63,223 nt of DNA, taken from positions 1 to 63,223 of IMG/VR virus record IMGVR_UViG_3300011335_000575; one strand, 5' to 3'. Positions 38,753 to 49,091 of this stretch are shown one piece after another. The stretch's first letter is position 1. Each line of letters opens with the position of its first letter. The translations under genes and the position numbers were made by a program. Source of the DNA: a virus. Lineage: Duplodnaviria; Caudoviricetes. The notes under the pieces are model-generated. The model made no database searches, was not told where the DNA came from, and saw nothing but the letters and a program-made list of their open reading frames with translations.

Positions 38753-39569
38753 ACAACCATACCGTATCTTTGTAGCAACACCTGTTCATTCAGATGTATC
38801 AATTCATTATTTTAAAGCTTGTTTAGAGTTTCAAAAAGAATGTTTTGTAAGAAAGATTGCTGTAATGTTTCAAGTTATGAAAAGTAGTTTAGTTACACAA
38901 GGAAGACAACTTTGCGTATCTGGATTTATGGAATCAAATTGTACTCACTTATTATTTATAGATTCTGATATTTCTTTTAATTTTAGAATGGTTGAAAGAA
39001 TGATTAATTATGACAAAGATATTTGTTTAGTTCCTTATCCAATTAAAGGATTAGATTTTGATAAAATAAAAACTAGAATCAAAGAAGGCTCAACTTTAGA
39101 TCCAAAAGTATTAGGTAATCAATATACAATGTCTGTTCCAGATCCTTCTAATGTAAGAGTAGATAATGGATTTATAGAAGTTGAAAGAGGCCCAGCAGGT
39201 TGTATGTTAATAAAAAGAGAAGTTATAGATGCTTTAATAAAAGAATATCCAGAATTTACAATAAACCAACATACTTTAATTGATGGTAAGTTAGTTACCA
39301 GAAAGCATATGTATAACTTTTTTGACACTTATTGGAACAAAGACGATAAAACTTATACAGGAGAAGACTTTTATTTCTGTAAATTATGTAAGCATGCAGG
39401 TATTAAAATGTATGCTTTAATAGATGAATACATCTCCCATCATGGAGAATTTAGTTATACAGGTAGACTTTTAGATGAATTTAAAAAAACAGAAACTTCT
39501 ACAAAAATAGAAGGAAAAACAATCAATAGTGATATAGATCCTAATAGCTCTGATATTGCTAAGAGCTAA
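38742..39569 (+). CDS. GT-A fold glycosyltransferase-like protein
   Basis: ATP, THLLFIDSDI (DxD), GCMLIKR, GEDFYFC. Confidence 0.75.
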   Translation: MGYKQPYRIFVATPVHSDVSIHYFKACLEFQKECFVRKIAVMFQVMKSSLVTQGRQLCVSGFMESNCTHLLFIDSDISFNFRMVERMINYDKDICLVPYPIKGLDFDKIKTRIKEGSTLDPKVLGNQYTMSVPDPSNVRVDNGFIEVERGPAGCMLIKREVIDALIKEYPEFTINQHTLIDGKLVTRKHMYNFFDTYWNKDDKTYTGEDFYFCKLCKHAGIKMYALIDEYISHHGEFSYTGRLLDEFKKTETSTKIEGKTINSDIDPNSSDIAKS

Positions 39570-39612
39570 TAAATTCGTTAAAATGGTTAATTAGTTAACT
39601 ATTTTATTATAT

Positions 39613-40854
39613 ATGGATCCATTAACAATTGCCCTCGCCATATATGGGGGATATCAAGGATATAAAAGTGCTAAGAAATCTGGTGCTGGTACAGGTGGCA
39701 GAATATTAGGAACAGCTCTAGGAGCATATGGTGGATACAATTTAGGATCAGGAATTACAGGCTCAGCATTAGGCCAACAATATTTACCTTCATTTTTAAC
39801 ACAGCCTGTTACACCAGGAGTAAGTGAAATGTTATCTTCTGGCATAGGATCACTTTCTAGTATTGTTCCAAGTTTTGGAACAGAAGCTGCAACACAAGCA
39901 GTAACAGATGCTGCAACACAAGCAGCAATAGAAGGTGGAACTCAAGCAGCAGGCATAGGAGCATTTAATCCATACGCTGGAATGACAGATAAATTTGCAG
40001 GAACAAGTTTAGGATTTACACCTTTAGAAACTTTAAGTGCTGCACCATCCTTATCAGTGCAAGATCTTTCAGGAACAAGTTTAGGAATGGATATGAGTAG
40101 ATATCCTTATGAACAGGTTGTTAAAGCTCCAGTAGAAAAACCTTTTTTAGATCAAGTAACAGAAACAGGAAAAAAAGCATACAGTTATTTACTTGAAAAA
40201 CCAGTTAAAGGTGGAATGCCTGGTGAAAGAGAATTAGATGTTGGTAAGGCAGCTTTAATAGGATTGCCTGCAATAAGTTATTTATCAGGAGCATTTGAAA
40301 GAAAACCTTATGAAAGAAGTCTATTTACATATAACGTAAATTATCCAGATTTATATAGAAGTAGAAAATTTTATAAACAAGATCCAAGAACTGGAGAAGT
40401 CATAGAAGTTCCTCAACAAGATTATATTCCAGAAGAAAGAGCCGATGTTCAAGAAGGATCTAAATTTGGTCCATACAAAAGAGAAACAATTACTTTACAA
40501 CAAGGTGGACTAGCTAGCTTAAATCATTTTAAAGATGGAGGTGTTAATTATTTACCATCTAAAACTGTTCATGATGAAGATGATGAAGATAATTATATAA
40601 GAGTGAATGGTTATGTAGAAGATGGTGCTGGTAATGGAGATAAAGAAGAAGATACAATGTTAGCTCAATTAGCGGATGGAGAATTTGTTACAAGAACAGA
40701 TGGTGTTTTAGGAGCAGGTATATTAGCAGGGGCTAATCCTAAAGACCCAAAAGATATGAGAAAAAAAGGAGCAGAATTCTTTTATGAACAACAAAGACGT
40801 TTTAAAAGAATTTATGATTTATTAGATGCAAGCAGAAAAGCAACAGCACATTGA
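39613..40854 (+). CDS. internal virion / DNA ejection protein (putative)
   Basis: Gly/Ala-rich N-terminus, LADGEFV motif, LQQGG and FKDGG. Confidence 0.6.
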   Translation: MDPLTIALAIYGGYQGYKSAKKSGAGTGGRILGTALGAYGGYNLGSGITGSALGQQYLPSFLTQPVTPGVSEMLSSGIGSLSSIVPSFGTEAATQAVTDAATQAAIEGGTQAAGIGAFNPYAGMTDKFAGTSLGFTPLETLSAAPSLSVQDLSGTSLGMDMSRYPYEQVVKAPVEKPFLDQVTETGKKAYSYLLEKPVKGGMPGERELDVGKAALIGLPAISYLSGAFERKPYERSLFTYNVNYPDLYRSRKFYKQDPRTGEVIEVPQQDYIPEERADVQEGSKFGPYKRETITLQQGGLASLNHFKDGGVNYLPSKTVHDEDDEDNYIRVNGYVEDGAGNGDKEEDTMLAQLADGEFVTRTDGVLGAGILAGANPKDPKDMRKKGAEFFYEQQRRFKRIYDLLDASRKATAH

Positions 40855-41314
40855 TAATGTGTCGGTATTACCTATTAATACTAAAAATGCTAAAAGTAAG
40901 TTAGACTTAATAGTATTTAAACCGAATGAAGTTGCTGGTATATGGATTTTAGTTAAAGATCTAATACAAAAAGCTTGTGATAGAGCTGGATCTTTTGCAG
41001 ATGCTGAAGATGTAAAAGCATGGTTAGAAAAAGGAACTATGCAATTATGGGTAGCATTTGATGGTAAAGATAAAAAGATTAAATGTGTTTGTGTTACTGA
41101 AATAAGACAGTATCCTAAATACAAAGTTTGTGACTGTAAAATAACAACAGGAACAGACTATAAAAGTTGGGTAGATTTTATGGATAATGTAGTTAACTGG
41201 GCAAGATCATTAGGATGTAAAAAAATGGAAATATTTACAAGACCAGGTTGGGAAAGAATTCTTAAACATAAAGGTTTTGTAAAAACACATGTACAATTAG
41301 AGAAAGTATTATGA
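40826..41314 (+). CDS. GNAT-fold protein in the ejection module
   Basis: QLW, A..LGC, R.GW.R.L...GF pattern. Confidence 0.6.
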   Translation: MQAEKQQHIDNVSVLPINTKNAKSKLDLIVFKPNEVAGIWILVKDLIQKACDRAGSFADAEDVKAWLEKGTMQLWVAFDGKDKKIKCVCVTEIRQYPKYKVCDCKITTGTDYKSWVDFMDNVVNWARSLGCKKMEIFTRPGWERILKHKGFVKTHVQLEKVL

Positions 41315-42366
41315 TTGATTTAAAGACACTTACATTAAAAGAAAAGATAGCTTTATTTAAAACTCTTTACAAAGAAATTGCTGGTAAAGGTATTGAAGGA
41401 GATACTGAACTTGCTCACATAAATCCATTTGAAGCTAAACTTCTTAAACAACATGGTGGAGCTGGAACTATTAATGAAGAAACTGGATTAAGACAATATC
41501 TTGGTGGTGGAGGTGGAGGTGGACAAGCGGCTCCCGATACAACTACACAATTTGTAAGAGAAGCTCCAGGTATTGAAGAACGTAAAATTGAATTAATGGA
41601 TATAGCACGTAGTGCTGCTGAAAAACCATTATATGCAAACGTTCCTGATGTTAGAGTTGCAGGACTTGGAACATTAGAACAACAAGGAGTTCAACAAGCT
41701 GGAGTTACAGGTGTAGGTCAACCTACAACTCAAGCAGGAATTGGTTCTGTATTACAAGGACAACAAGCAGCTTTTGCTGGTCCAAACATTTCTCAATTTT
41801 ATAATCCATATCAATCTTATGTGTTAGATGAAATTAATAGACAAGCTCAAATTGCACAAAACCAATTATCAGCACAAGCAGTACAAGCTGGTGCATTTGG
41901 TGGTGGTAGAGAAGGTGTTCAAAGAGCAGAACAAGAAAGAGCAAGACTCGGTGCAATTGGACAAGCTCAACAACAAGGTTTTCAAACTGCATTAGGTGCT
42001 GCACAAAATCAACAACAACTACAAGCTCAAACAGGTTTACAAGCTGGACAACAATTAGGACAACTTGGTGTGCAACAACAAGCTATGTCACAAGCTGACA
42101 TTAATCAATTAATGGCTGCAGGGGGATTACAAAGACAACTTACACAACAAGCATTAGACGCTGAAAGACAAACAGCATTACAAAGAGCAACAGAACCTTT
42201 ACAACGAGTAGAGTTTTTGTCAAACGTATATGCTGCTGGACCTAAATCAACTTCAGGAATCACGGCTGCTACTGCTCCGACAACAAGTCCTTTAGCACAA
42301 TCATTAGGCACTGGATTAGGAGCGTATGCTACATATCAAGCATTACAACCTAAGGCTACTGCATAA
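41311..42366 (+). CDS. internal virion / ejection protein
   Basis: Gln/Gly-rich; GDTELAHI.P.EA, NPY, AGAFGG.R. Confidence 0.65.
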   Translation: MIDLKTLTLKEKIALFKTLYKEIAGKGIEGDTELAHINPFEAKLLKQHGGAGTINEETGLRQYLGGGGGGGQAAPDTTTQFVREAPGIEERKIELMDIARSAAEKPLYANVPDVRVAGLGTLEQQGVQQAGVTGVGQPTTQAGIGSVLQGQQAAFAGPNISQFYNPYQSYVLDEINRQAQIAQNQLSAQAVQAGAFGGGREGVQRAEQERARLGAIGQAQQQGFQTALGAAQNQQQLQAQTGLQAGQQLGQLGVQQQAMSQADINQLMAAGGLQRQLTQQALDAERQTALQRATEPLQRVEFLSNVYAAGPKSTSGITAATAPTTSPLAQSLGTGLGAYATYQALQPKATA

Positions 42367-43361
42367 TGGATAAGATATTAACTAGAAAATTATTTAAAGA
42401 CAGATACTTACAAACAATAAGTAAAAAAGTATCTAATTTTAAAGAAGGAGGACTTGCTTCTTTAAAAGCTAAACACTATCAATTAGGCGGATTAAGTGAA
42501 GGTGAAAGAACAGCTATGTTACTTCAACCTATTGCAACACAATTATTAACTGGAACTAGACAACCAGGACAATCTGAACTTTCAGCAGTAGCTACAGCTT
42601 TTGGACAAGCTTTACCACAAGTAACTAAAACAAGATTAGCTATAGATGAGGCTGAAACAAAAAGATTAGAGCAATTAGCAAAATTAACAAAAGAAGGTAA
42701 AGATAGAACAATAGTTCAACCTTTAAGTCCACAACAAATAAAAGATAGAGGGTTTGCTCCAGGCACTAAAGCAGAACAAGAATTTATATATACCTCTGCA
42801 GGAGAAATAATTCCAGGTAAAACTAATATTATAGAAAAGCCTAGTGCTGAAGCATTAAAAACAAGAAACGAATTAATAAATACTGTAAATACTTTAAATA
42901 GAATTAATGATCAATATATAGAATTAGGTAGACCAGTTGGAATGGTAGATCTACAACAGATTAAAGCAAAACTAGGAGAAGCTGGTGGTTCCGATTATTC
43001 AGTAAGATATCAACGTTTTAAAAATGATATTGAACTAACAAGTGCATTTTTAAATAAAGCTATATCTGGAGCAGCTATTTCTGAAAAAGAAAGAGCTATA
43101 TTAAAAGCTCTTATTCCAAGTGTAAATGATAGTGAAGCTCAGTTTGAAGCTAAATATCAAACAGCAAAAAGATTTTTAGGAGATTTAGCTAGAACAATAG
43201 AAACTAATCCAGAGTTAAGTCCAGAAGAAGCCGTAGGTCAAATTAAAACAACTTACGTAAAAGATAAAATAACTAAACCTGATAATGCAGTTACAAGAAG
43301 AGCTGAAGGTGGAAAAACATTAACTATATCAGATCTTAAAAAAATAGCTGGAGAAAAATAA
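42366..43361 (+). CDS. internal virion / ejection protein
   Basis: Position; SGAAISEKE; FKEGG and YQLGG. Confidence 0.6.
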   Translation: MDKILTRKLFKDRYLQTISKKVSNFKEGGLASLKAKHYQLGGLSEGERTAMLLQPIATQLLTGTRQPGQSELSAVATAFGQALPQVTKTRLAIDEAETKRLEQLAKLTKEGKDRTIVQPLSPQQIKDRGFAPGTKAEQEFIYTSAGEIIPGKTNIIEKPSAEALKTRNELINTVNTLNRINDQYIELGRPVGMVDLQQIKAKLGEAGGSDYSVRYQRFKNDIELTSAFLNKAISGAAISEKERAILKALIPSVNDSEAQFEAKYQTAKRFLGDLARTIETNPELSPEEAVGQIKTTYVKDKITKPDNAVTRRAEGGKTLTISDLKKIAGEK

Positions 43362-45661
43362 TGGGAATTATTAAAGTTGAAGGTTTAGGAGAAGTTCAAA
43401 TTCAAGGAGATACACCTACCCCAGAAGAATCTAGACTTATATTAAAAGCTGCTGAAGTTAAAAAACAAGAAAAAATAGCAGAAGAACTTCCATCTACACA
43501 AGAAACATTCGTTACAGAAAGAGAATTATCAAGTGGTTTAACAAAAGAAGAAATAGCTGCTCAAGATAAAGCTTTATCTGATTTTATATTATCACCTGAA
43601 TTTGGAAGATTAGTTCTTGAAGTAGGAGGAGCAATAGGTGGAGCAGCTTTGACAGGTGGATTAAGTGCACCTGCAAGTATAGCTAGAATAGGAATGATTT
43701 CAAAACCATTCTTAAAACAATTATTAAAAAGTTCAGCTGGAGCTGGAGTAGGATCTGGAACAGGTGGAGGAGTAGCACAAATCATCGATCCTAAAGATGA
43801 TATGGTTAAAGAAATAGTAAGAGCTTCTATTGAAGGTGCAGCGGGAGAAGCTATTGGATTACCTATAGCAAAAGTTGTTGAAAAAGCTATAGCACCAGCA
43901 GTTAAAACATTAAAAGGTGCTGATGATGCTGCTAGAATAATTGAAGAACAAAGAGAAATTATTAATAAAGGATTAGCTACCGCTAAAACACCAGCAGATA
44001 GAGAAGCATTATTAACGGCTGCTAAAAATGGAATATTAACACCAGGTCTTATTGCGGATAATCAATTTATAGATATATTACAAAACATTGCTGAAGTATC
44101 TTTACTTGGATCTGGAGGTATAAGAGCAGCAAAAGAAGGAGCAGAAACAATTGCAAAATCTGGAATTGATGATTTTGTAGAACAATTTATAAAAACACAA
44201 GATAGATCTGCAACAGGACAATTATTTCAAACAGCCATCACAAAAAATCAAGATGCTTGGAATTCTCTTGTTAGTTCTAAATATAAAAATGTTGATAAAT
44301 TATTAGGCTCTACAAAACAAGTTGATCCAGTAACAGGTATAGAAAAAGTAATAGACCCTACTATTATAGATACAACTCCTTATAAAACAGCAATAAAACA
44401 ACAGATAGCTAAATTAGAAAGAGTTGCAAAAGGTAAGTCAGATCCAGAGGCAATAGCTTTACTGAAAGAACAATTACAAATTCCAGACAATGCTAGTTTT
44501 TCTCTTGTTAATGATTATAGATCAAAATTATTAGAAAGAGGAAGATACTTTAGCCCAGATGCTAAAAATTTAAGATCTTTTAAAGATACTTACATGACAC
44601 TACAACCAAGAATAACAGATTTATTAGAAAATGCACCATTAGGTTCAGGAGTGTCTACAGAAGCTAAACTAGCTTGGAGACAAGCTAATCAATTCTATAA
44701 AGAAGGTATACAAGATTATAGTGATGAAGTTATTGTTAAACTTTTAGAAAAAGATCCAGAATTAGTATTTAAAGAAATTATAAAAGCAGGAGATAGACCA
44801 ACTGTAGTTAAAGAAACATTTGATATTATTAACAGACGTTTTACTACACCAGCAGAAAAAGTTGTTGCAGAAAATTTAAAAACTTCTTTAAAAGGAGAAT
44901 TTTTAAGAAAAGTTATAAATGATTCTACAGACTCTGTAGGACAATATACTGTGTTAAGTTCTAAAAAAATTAATGATTTAATTGGCCAAGGTGGTAAATT
45001 TGAAGATACTGCAAAAGCATTATTTACTAATCAAGAATATAATAGAATTAATCAATTAAAAGACGCTTTAGAGTTTGCACAAGGTAGACTAAAACAAGCT
45101 GGAACACCTCCAGGTGCAATATTCTTTCAATTAAAACAAGCAGGAGCTGCTGGAACAATATTAGCAATAGGTGGAATGCAAGCAATTGAAGGTGATTATG
45201 GAACTGCTGCTGGAATAGTTTTATCTCCTGTAGCTTTAGGTTATGCTTTATCTAGTCCTAAAGTAATAAATTATATGATAAAAGGTGCTAAAGCAAAAAA
45301 TCCAACAGTGGCTGGTACGGCATTTAGACAAACAATATCTCAATTAATATCTGAAGGAACTATTGATAGAAAAGAAGGTGAAAGAGTTATTCAGGAATCT
45401 TACAATATAGAAAAAGAATCTAAACCACAAAAACAAGAACCTAGATCTCAAGTTCCTACAGCTAAACCTGTAGTACAACCTGTAGCTCAAGCTACACCAA
45501 CTTTAACAGCACCACCTGTAAATATATTTGCAGCAGGAACACCAGGAACGCCAATGACAACGGGTACTACACCTATGGCACAGCCTATGGATAAAGCACA
45601 ACAATATGCAGGACTATTTCCATTTGATGTAACAGGACAACAAATTGCGAGACAAGGATGA
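43361..45661 (+). CDS. large internal virion / ejection protein
   Basis: 766 aa helical protein with Gly/Ala hydrophobic segments; C-terminal LFP.D. Confidence 0.65.
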   Translation: MGIIKVEGLGEVQIQGDTPTPEESRLILKAAEVKKQEKIAEELPSTQETFVTERELSSGLTKEEIAAQDKALSDFILSPEFGRLVLEVGGAIGGAALTGGLSAPASIARIGMISKPFLKQLLKSSAGAGVGSGTGGGVAQIIDPKDDMVKEIVRASIEGAAGEAIGLPIAKVVEKAIAPAVKTLKGADDAARIIEEQREIINKGLATAKTPADREALLTAAKNGILTPGLIADNQFIDILQNIAEVSLLGSGGIRAAKEGAETIAKSGIDDFVEQFIKTQDRSATGQLFQTAITKNQDAWNSLVSSKYKNVDKLLGSTKQVDPVTGIEKVIDPTIIDTTPYKTAIKQQIAKLERVAKGKSDPEAIALLKEQLQIPDNASFSLVNDYRSKLLERGRYFSPDAKNLRSFKDTYMTLQPRITDLLENAPLGSGVSTEAKLAWRQANQFYKEGIQDYSDEVIVKLLEKDPELVFKEIIKAGDRPTVVKETFDIINRRFTTPAEKVVAENLKTSLKGEFLRKVINDSTDSVGQYTVLSSKKINDLIGQGGKFEDTAKALFTNQEYNRINQLKDALEFAQGRLKQAGTPPGAIFFQLKQAGAAGTILAIGGMQAIEGDYGTAAGIVLSPVALGYALSSPKVINYMIKGAKAKNPTVAGTAFRQTISQLISEGTIDRKEGERVIQESYNIEKESKPQKQEPRSQVPTAKPVVQPVAQATPTLTAPPVNIFAAGTPGTPMTTGTTPMAQPMDKAQQYAGLFPFDVTGQQIARQG

Positions 45662-45888
45662 GAAGAATTGTAAAATCAAGATTAGAAGAACATATGGTAG
45701 ATTTATATCACAGAGTAGATAACTTAAAAAAAGACATCTCTATAATTAAAAACAATCATTTAAAGCATATGAGCTGTTCTATTTATAAGATTGAAAAGAA
45801 AGTAGACAAGATCCTTTGGTCCATGATTGGTGGTATGGGTGCCTTGATTCTTACACTTATAGTTATAGCATTTAAGTTCACTAAATAA
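45658..45888 (+). CDS. small membrane protein (coiled coil plus C-terminal TM)
   Basis: NHL.H motif and hydrophobic tail. Confidence 0.55.
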   Translation: MRRIVKSRLEEHMVDLYHRVDNLKKDISIIKNNHLKHMSCSIYKIEKKVDKILWSMIGGMGALILTLIVIAFKFTK

Positions 45889-45925
45889 TAATTGATTATT
45901 CCAAATAATTAATCTAATAAGAGAT

Positions 45926-46645
45926 ATGAAGCTTATTAGACAAGATTCCAGTTTTATAGTTACAGATTTTAAAAGAGTGGATAAGTACCCTTATGTTCGT
46001 TATACACGTGACGATGACCACGGCCCACGGACCTATTTAGTTGAAGATAAGAAAGTTCCATCCGTTACAACCATATTAGCCAAGACAGCTTCTAAAGAGA
46101 AGCAACAAGCCTTAGATGCTTGGAGAGAACGTGTTGGGTACCAAGAAGCACAGGCTATTACCTCTCAGGCTGCTATTAGAGGCACGGAGATGCATTATGT
46201 GCTAGAGAACTACATAAATGGCATAGGATACCTTAATTTAAGCTCTAAAGGGGCACAATCACGGCTCATGGCACATAAGATCATAGATAACCTAGAACCA
46301 TTAAAAGAAGTCTATGGTAACGAAATAAACCTACAGTATGAAGGTAAATGGGCAGGTTCAACTGATCTTGTGGGTAAGTATGATGGTAAAGATACTATTA
46401 TCGACTTCAAACAAGCTAATAAGTTAAAAAGAGAAGACTGGATTGAGGACTACTTCTACCAAGTTGCTGCCTACTCTATTGCTCATAAAAAAAATTATGG
46501 TCCTATAGAACAAGGTATCATCGCCATCTGTACCAAGGATGGTAAGTACCAAGAGTTCAAAATGGATAAAATAAAATTATCAGAATATGAGTCTAGGTGG
46601 TTTGACAGAGTCGAAAAGTTTTATACAATGTCAGTTAATGAATAA
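45926..46645 (+). CDS. PD-(D/E)XK exonuclease (MGME1-like)
   Basis: PSVTTIL, RGT.MH, AG.TD, IIDFK, Q..AY. Confidence 0.9.
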   Translation: MKLIRQDSSFIVTDFKRVDKYPYVRYTRDDDHGPRTYLVEDKKVPSVTTILAKTASKEKQQALDAWRERVGYQEAQAITSQAAIRGTEMHYVLENYINGIGYLNLSSKGAQSRLMAHKIIDNLEPLKEVYGNEINLQYEGKWAGSTDLVGKYDGKDTIIDFKQANKLKREDWIEDYFYQVAAYSIAHKKNYGPIEQGIIAICTKDGKYQEFKMDKIKLSEYESRWFDRVEKFYTMSVNE

Positions 46646-47045
46646 TAAATTATTAGTTCATAAACATTTAATAGTGAGAGCGGAAGCAAAAAATCCTCCA
46701 ATGGATGAAGCTGTGCTGCGGCAATGGTTTCAAAAGTTTATTCATGAAATAGGAATGAAAGTTATGATGGGCCCATATGTTAAGTATTCTCATATGGTAG
46801 GTAATCGTGGAATTACTGGTGCAGCAATAATAGAAACATCACACATTGTGATGCACGTCTGGGATGAGCCTGACCCCGCCTTATTACAATTTGATGTTTA
46901 CTCCTGCGGCGAATTTGATCCTGAAACAATATGCGATAAAATAAAAAAAGACTTTAACACAACAAAAATAGAATATAAATTTTTAGATAGAGAACACGAT
47001 TTAAAAGAACTACATACTATTGGATTTATTAAATCCAATTCTTAA
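46638..47045 (+). CDS. pyruvoyl-dependent SpeD-like (AdoMet decarboxylase family) protein
   Basis: HKHLI, IIETSHI.MH.W, DVYSC motifs; ATG at 46638 preferred. Confidence 0.85.
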   Translation: MNNKLLVHKHLIVRAEAKNPPMDEAVLRQWFQKFIHEIGMKVMMGPYVKYSHMVGNRGITGAAIIETSHIVMHVWDEPDPALLQFDVYSCGEFDPETICDKIKKDFNTTKIEYKFLDREHDLKELHTIGFIKSNS

Positions 47046-48447
47046 TTTCTTCACCCATAGTCTCAGCAGATATTTTAATCTTACGTTTTAATGCAGATAT
47101 AATGTGACTATCAATTGTTTTATCTACAATTAAATCTATATAAGTTACATTTTTATTTTGACCAATACGATGTGCCCTATCTTCAGATTGTTCTCTAACT
47201 TCTAGATTATAATTATTAGAATAATAAACTACATAACTTGCTGCAGTTAAAGTTAATCCATAACCACCCGTGCTTGGATTACCAACAAAGAATCTTACTT
47301 TATCATTAGCTTGAAATTCTTCTACAGCTTTTTTTCTATTCTCTGTAGTTATCTCTCCATAAATAGATACAACACTTTCATCTCCATATTCTTTTCTTAA
47401 AGTTTTAACTATCGTTTTTATATTATGAATATAGTTAGCCCAAATAATAAACTTGCCATCTGACTCTTCTATAATACTTAATAGTTCATCTAATTTTGGA
47501 TCGTTCTCAAATGGCACTACTTCTCCATCATCTGTTTTTAGATAACCATTACAAACTTGATGTAGTTTTAATATCTCTGTAAGTTTGTTTGCAAAGCTAA
47601 CTTCTTTATCTTCAATAATTGATCTTGCATATTTTCTAAGTTCTTCATAAACTTTAATTTGATCTTTATTTAAATTTACATATCTTTGTTGATAAATCTT
47701 TTCTGGTAAATCTAAACAATCTACTTTTCTAACACGAAAAGAAAACTTTTTAATCTTTGCTTCTAATTCATCTAAGTTTGTATAATATTGTGGAATAAGA
47801 ACTACTCTATTTGGCCCCATATTAATTTGTTTCATTACTGCATATCTAGCTCTAAAGGCTACAAAAGAAGGATAACCAAGTAAGTCCTTAGACAAGAAAG
47901 CACATTGTTGATATAAGTCTAATGGTGATTTGGTCACTGGTGAGCCCGTTAGTATTCTTTTGTATTTAATATGTGGTGATAATTTACAAATGTTCTTAGA
48001 CCTTTTTGCCTTATCATTTTTAATTGTAGTACTTTCATCTATAATCATTATAGCTTTTTGACCTGTATCTATTACAAGTTTTAATAGAAAATCAAAACCA
48101 CCTTTATGTGATAAAGCTTCTACATTCATTAATACATAATTTAATTTATCAGCTTGGTAATTAATTTTATTATCATCTTTCCAAACAAACATTGTATAAT
48201 CGGATATAGGAGAATGGGTTTCTATTTCTTTAATCCAGTTTTTATAAACAGAGTTTGGTGCAATAACGATTGCAGTATTAATTAATTTTTCTTGATATAA
48301 ATAAGCTACATTATCTATGGCAACTTTTGTTTTGCCTGTACCCATTTCTAAGAAATATGCGAAATTTAATTCTTTAGCACCTTTAATTAAAGCTTTACGT
48401 TGATGCTCGTAAGGTATTGTTTTATATGTATATTTTTTCTTGTCCAT
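47029..48447 (-). CDS. SNF2-family DNA helicase
   Basis: EMGTGKT, IIDES, LTGSP, GG.GLTL, QSEDRAHRIGQ. Confidence 0.92.
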   Translation of the reverse strand: MDKKKYTYKTIPYEHQRKALIKGAKELNFAYFLEMGTGKTKVAIDNVAYLYQEKLINTAIVIAPNSVYKNWIKEIETHSPISDYTMFVWKDDNKINYQADKLNYVLMNVEALSHKGGFDFLLKLVIDTGQKAIMIIDESTTIKNDKAKRSKNICKLSPHIKYKRILTGSPVTKSPLDLYQQCAFLSKDLLGYPSFVAFRARYAVMKQINMGPNRVVLIPQYYTNLDELEAKIKKFSFRVRKVDCLDLPEKIYQQRYVNLNKDQIKVYEELRKYARSIIEDKEVSFANKLTEILKLHQVCNGYLKTDDGEVVPFENDPKLDELLSIIEESDGKFIIWANYIHNIKTIVKTLRKEYGDESVVSIYGEITTENRKKAVEEFQANDKVRFFVGNPSTGGYGLTLTAASYVVYYSNNYNLEVREQSEDRAHRIGQNKNVTYIDLIVDKTIDSHIISALKRKIKISAETMGEEIKNWI

Positions 48448-48546
48448 GTTTCGTCATTCTATACTTTAAAAGTATTTAATATTTTTTACATTTTTTACTT
48501 TACATTGTCAAATAAATAAAATAAGTAGCTTGTCCAAGGAGGTCTT

Positions 48547-49089
48547 ATGGACTTAGAAGCAGAATCAACCATACGAGTTGATACTGCAATGTCTTCGGAC
48601 ATTGCTAAATCTTGCAATAAGTTATTGGACGTTCAGAAACAAATAACAGCGGCTGAAGAACAACTAAAGAAGTTACAAGAAGCTGAGGCTTTGCTTTCTG
48701 AGCAGACAATTCCAAACTTAATGCAACAGGCAGGTATATCATTGCTTAAACTTGCTGACGGATCGTCAGTTGAAGTTAAGCCATTTTATTCTGCAAGAAT
48801 TCCCTCTACTAAAACTGAAGAAGCATTTGAATGGCTTCGTCAAAATGGTTTTGGGGATTTAATTAAGAACAACGTAACATTAACTTTTGGTCGTAATGAA
48901 GATGATGTAGCTAAAAATGTAGTTGCAGATTTACGAAAAAAAGGGCATAATGTGAATCAGACCGAAAAGGTAGAACCAATGACCTTGAAGGCATTTGTTA
49001 AAGAACAAATCCAACAAGGAAAGAATGTTCCATCCGATATATTCGGCGTTTACGTTGCAAACAAAACAAAAATAACCACGAAGGAGTAA
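48547..49089 (+). CDS. conserved replication-module protein
   Basis: AFEWLR..G.GDLIK, V.P.TLKAFVKE; AAGGAGG RBS. Confidence 0.7.
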   Translation: MDLEAESTIRVDTAMSSDIAKSCNKLLDVQKQITAAEEQLKKLQEAEALLSEQTIPNLMQQAGISLLKLADGSSVEVKPFYSARIPSTKTEEAFEWLRQNGFGDLIKNNVTLTFGRNEDDVAKNVVADLRKKGHNVNQTEKVEPMTLKAFVKEQIQQGKNVPSDIFGVYVANKTKITTKE

Positions 49090-49091
49090 TC

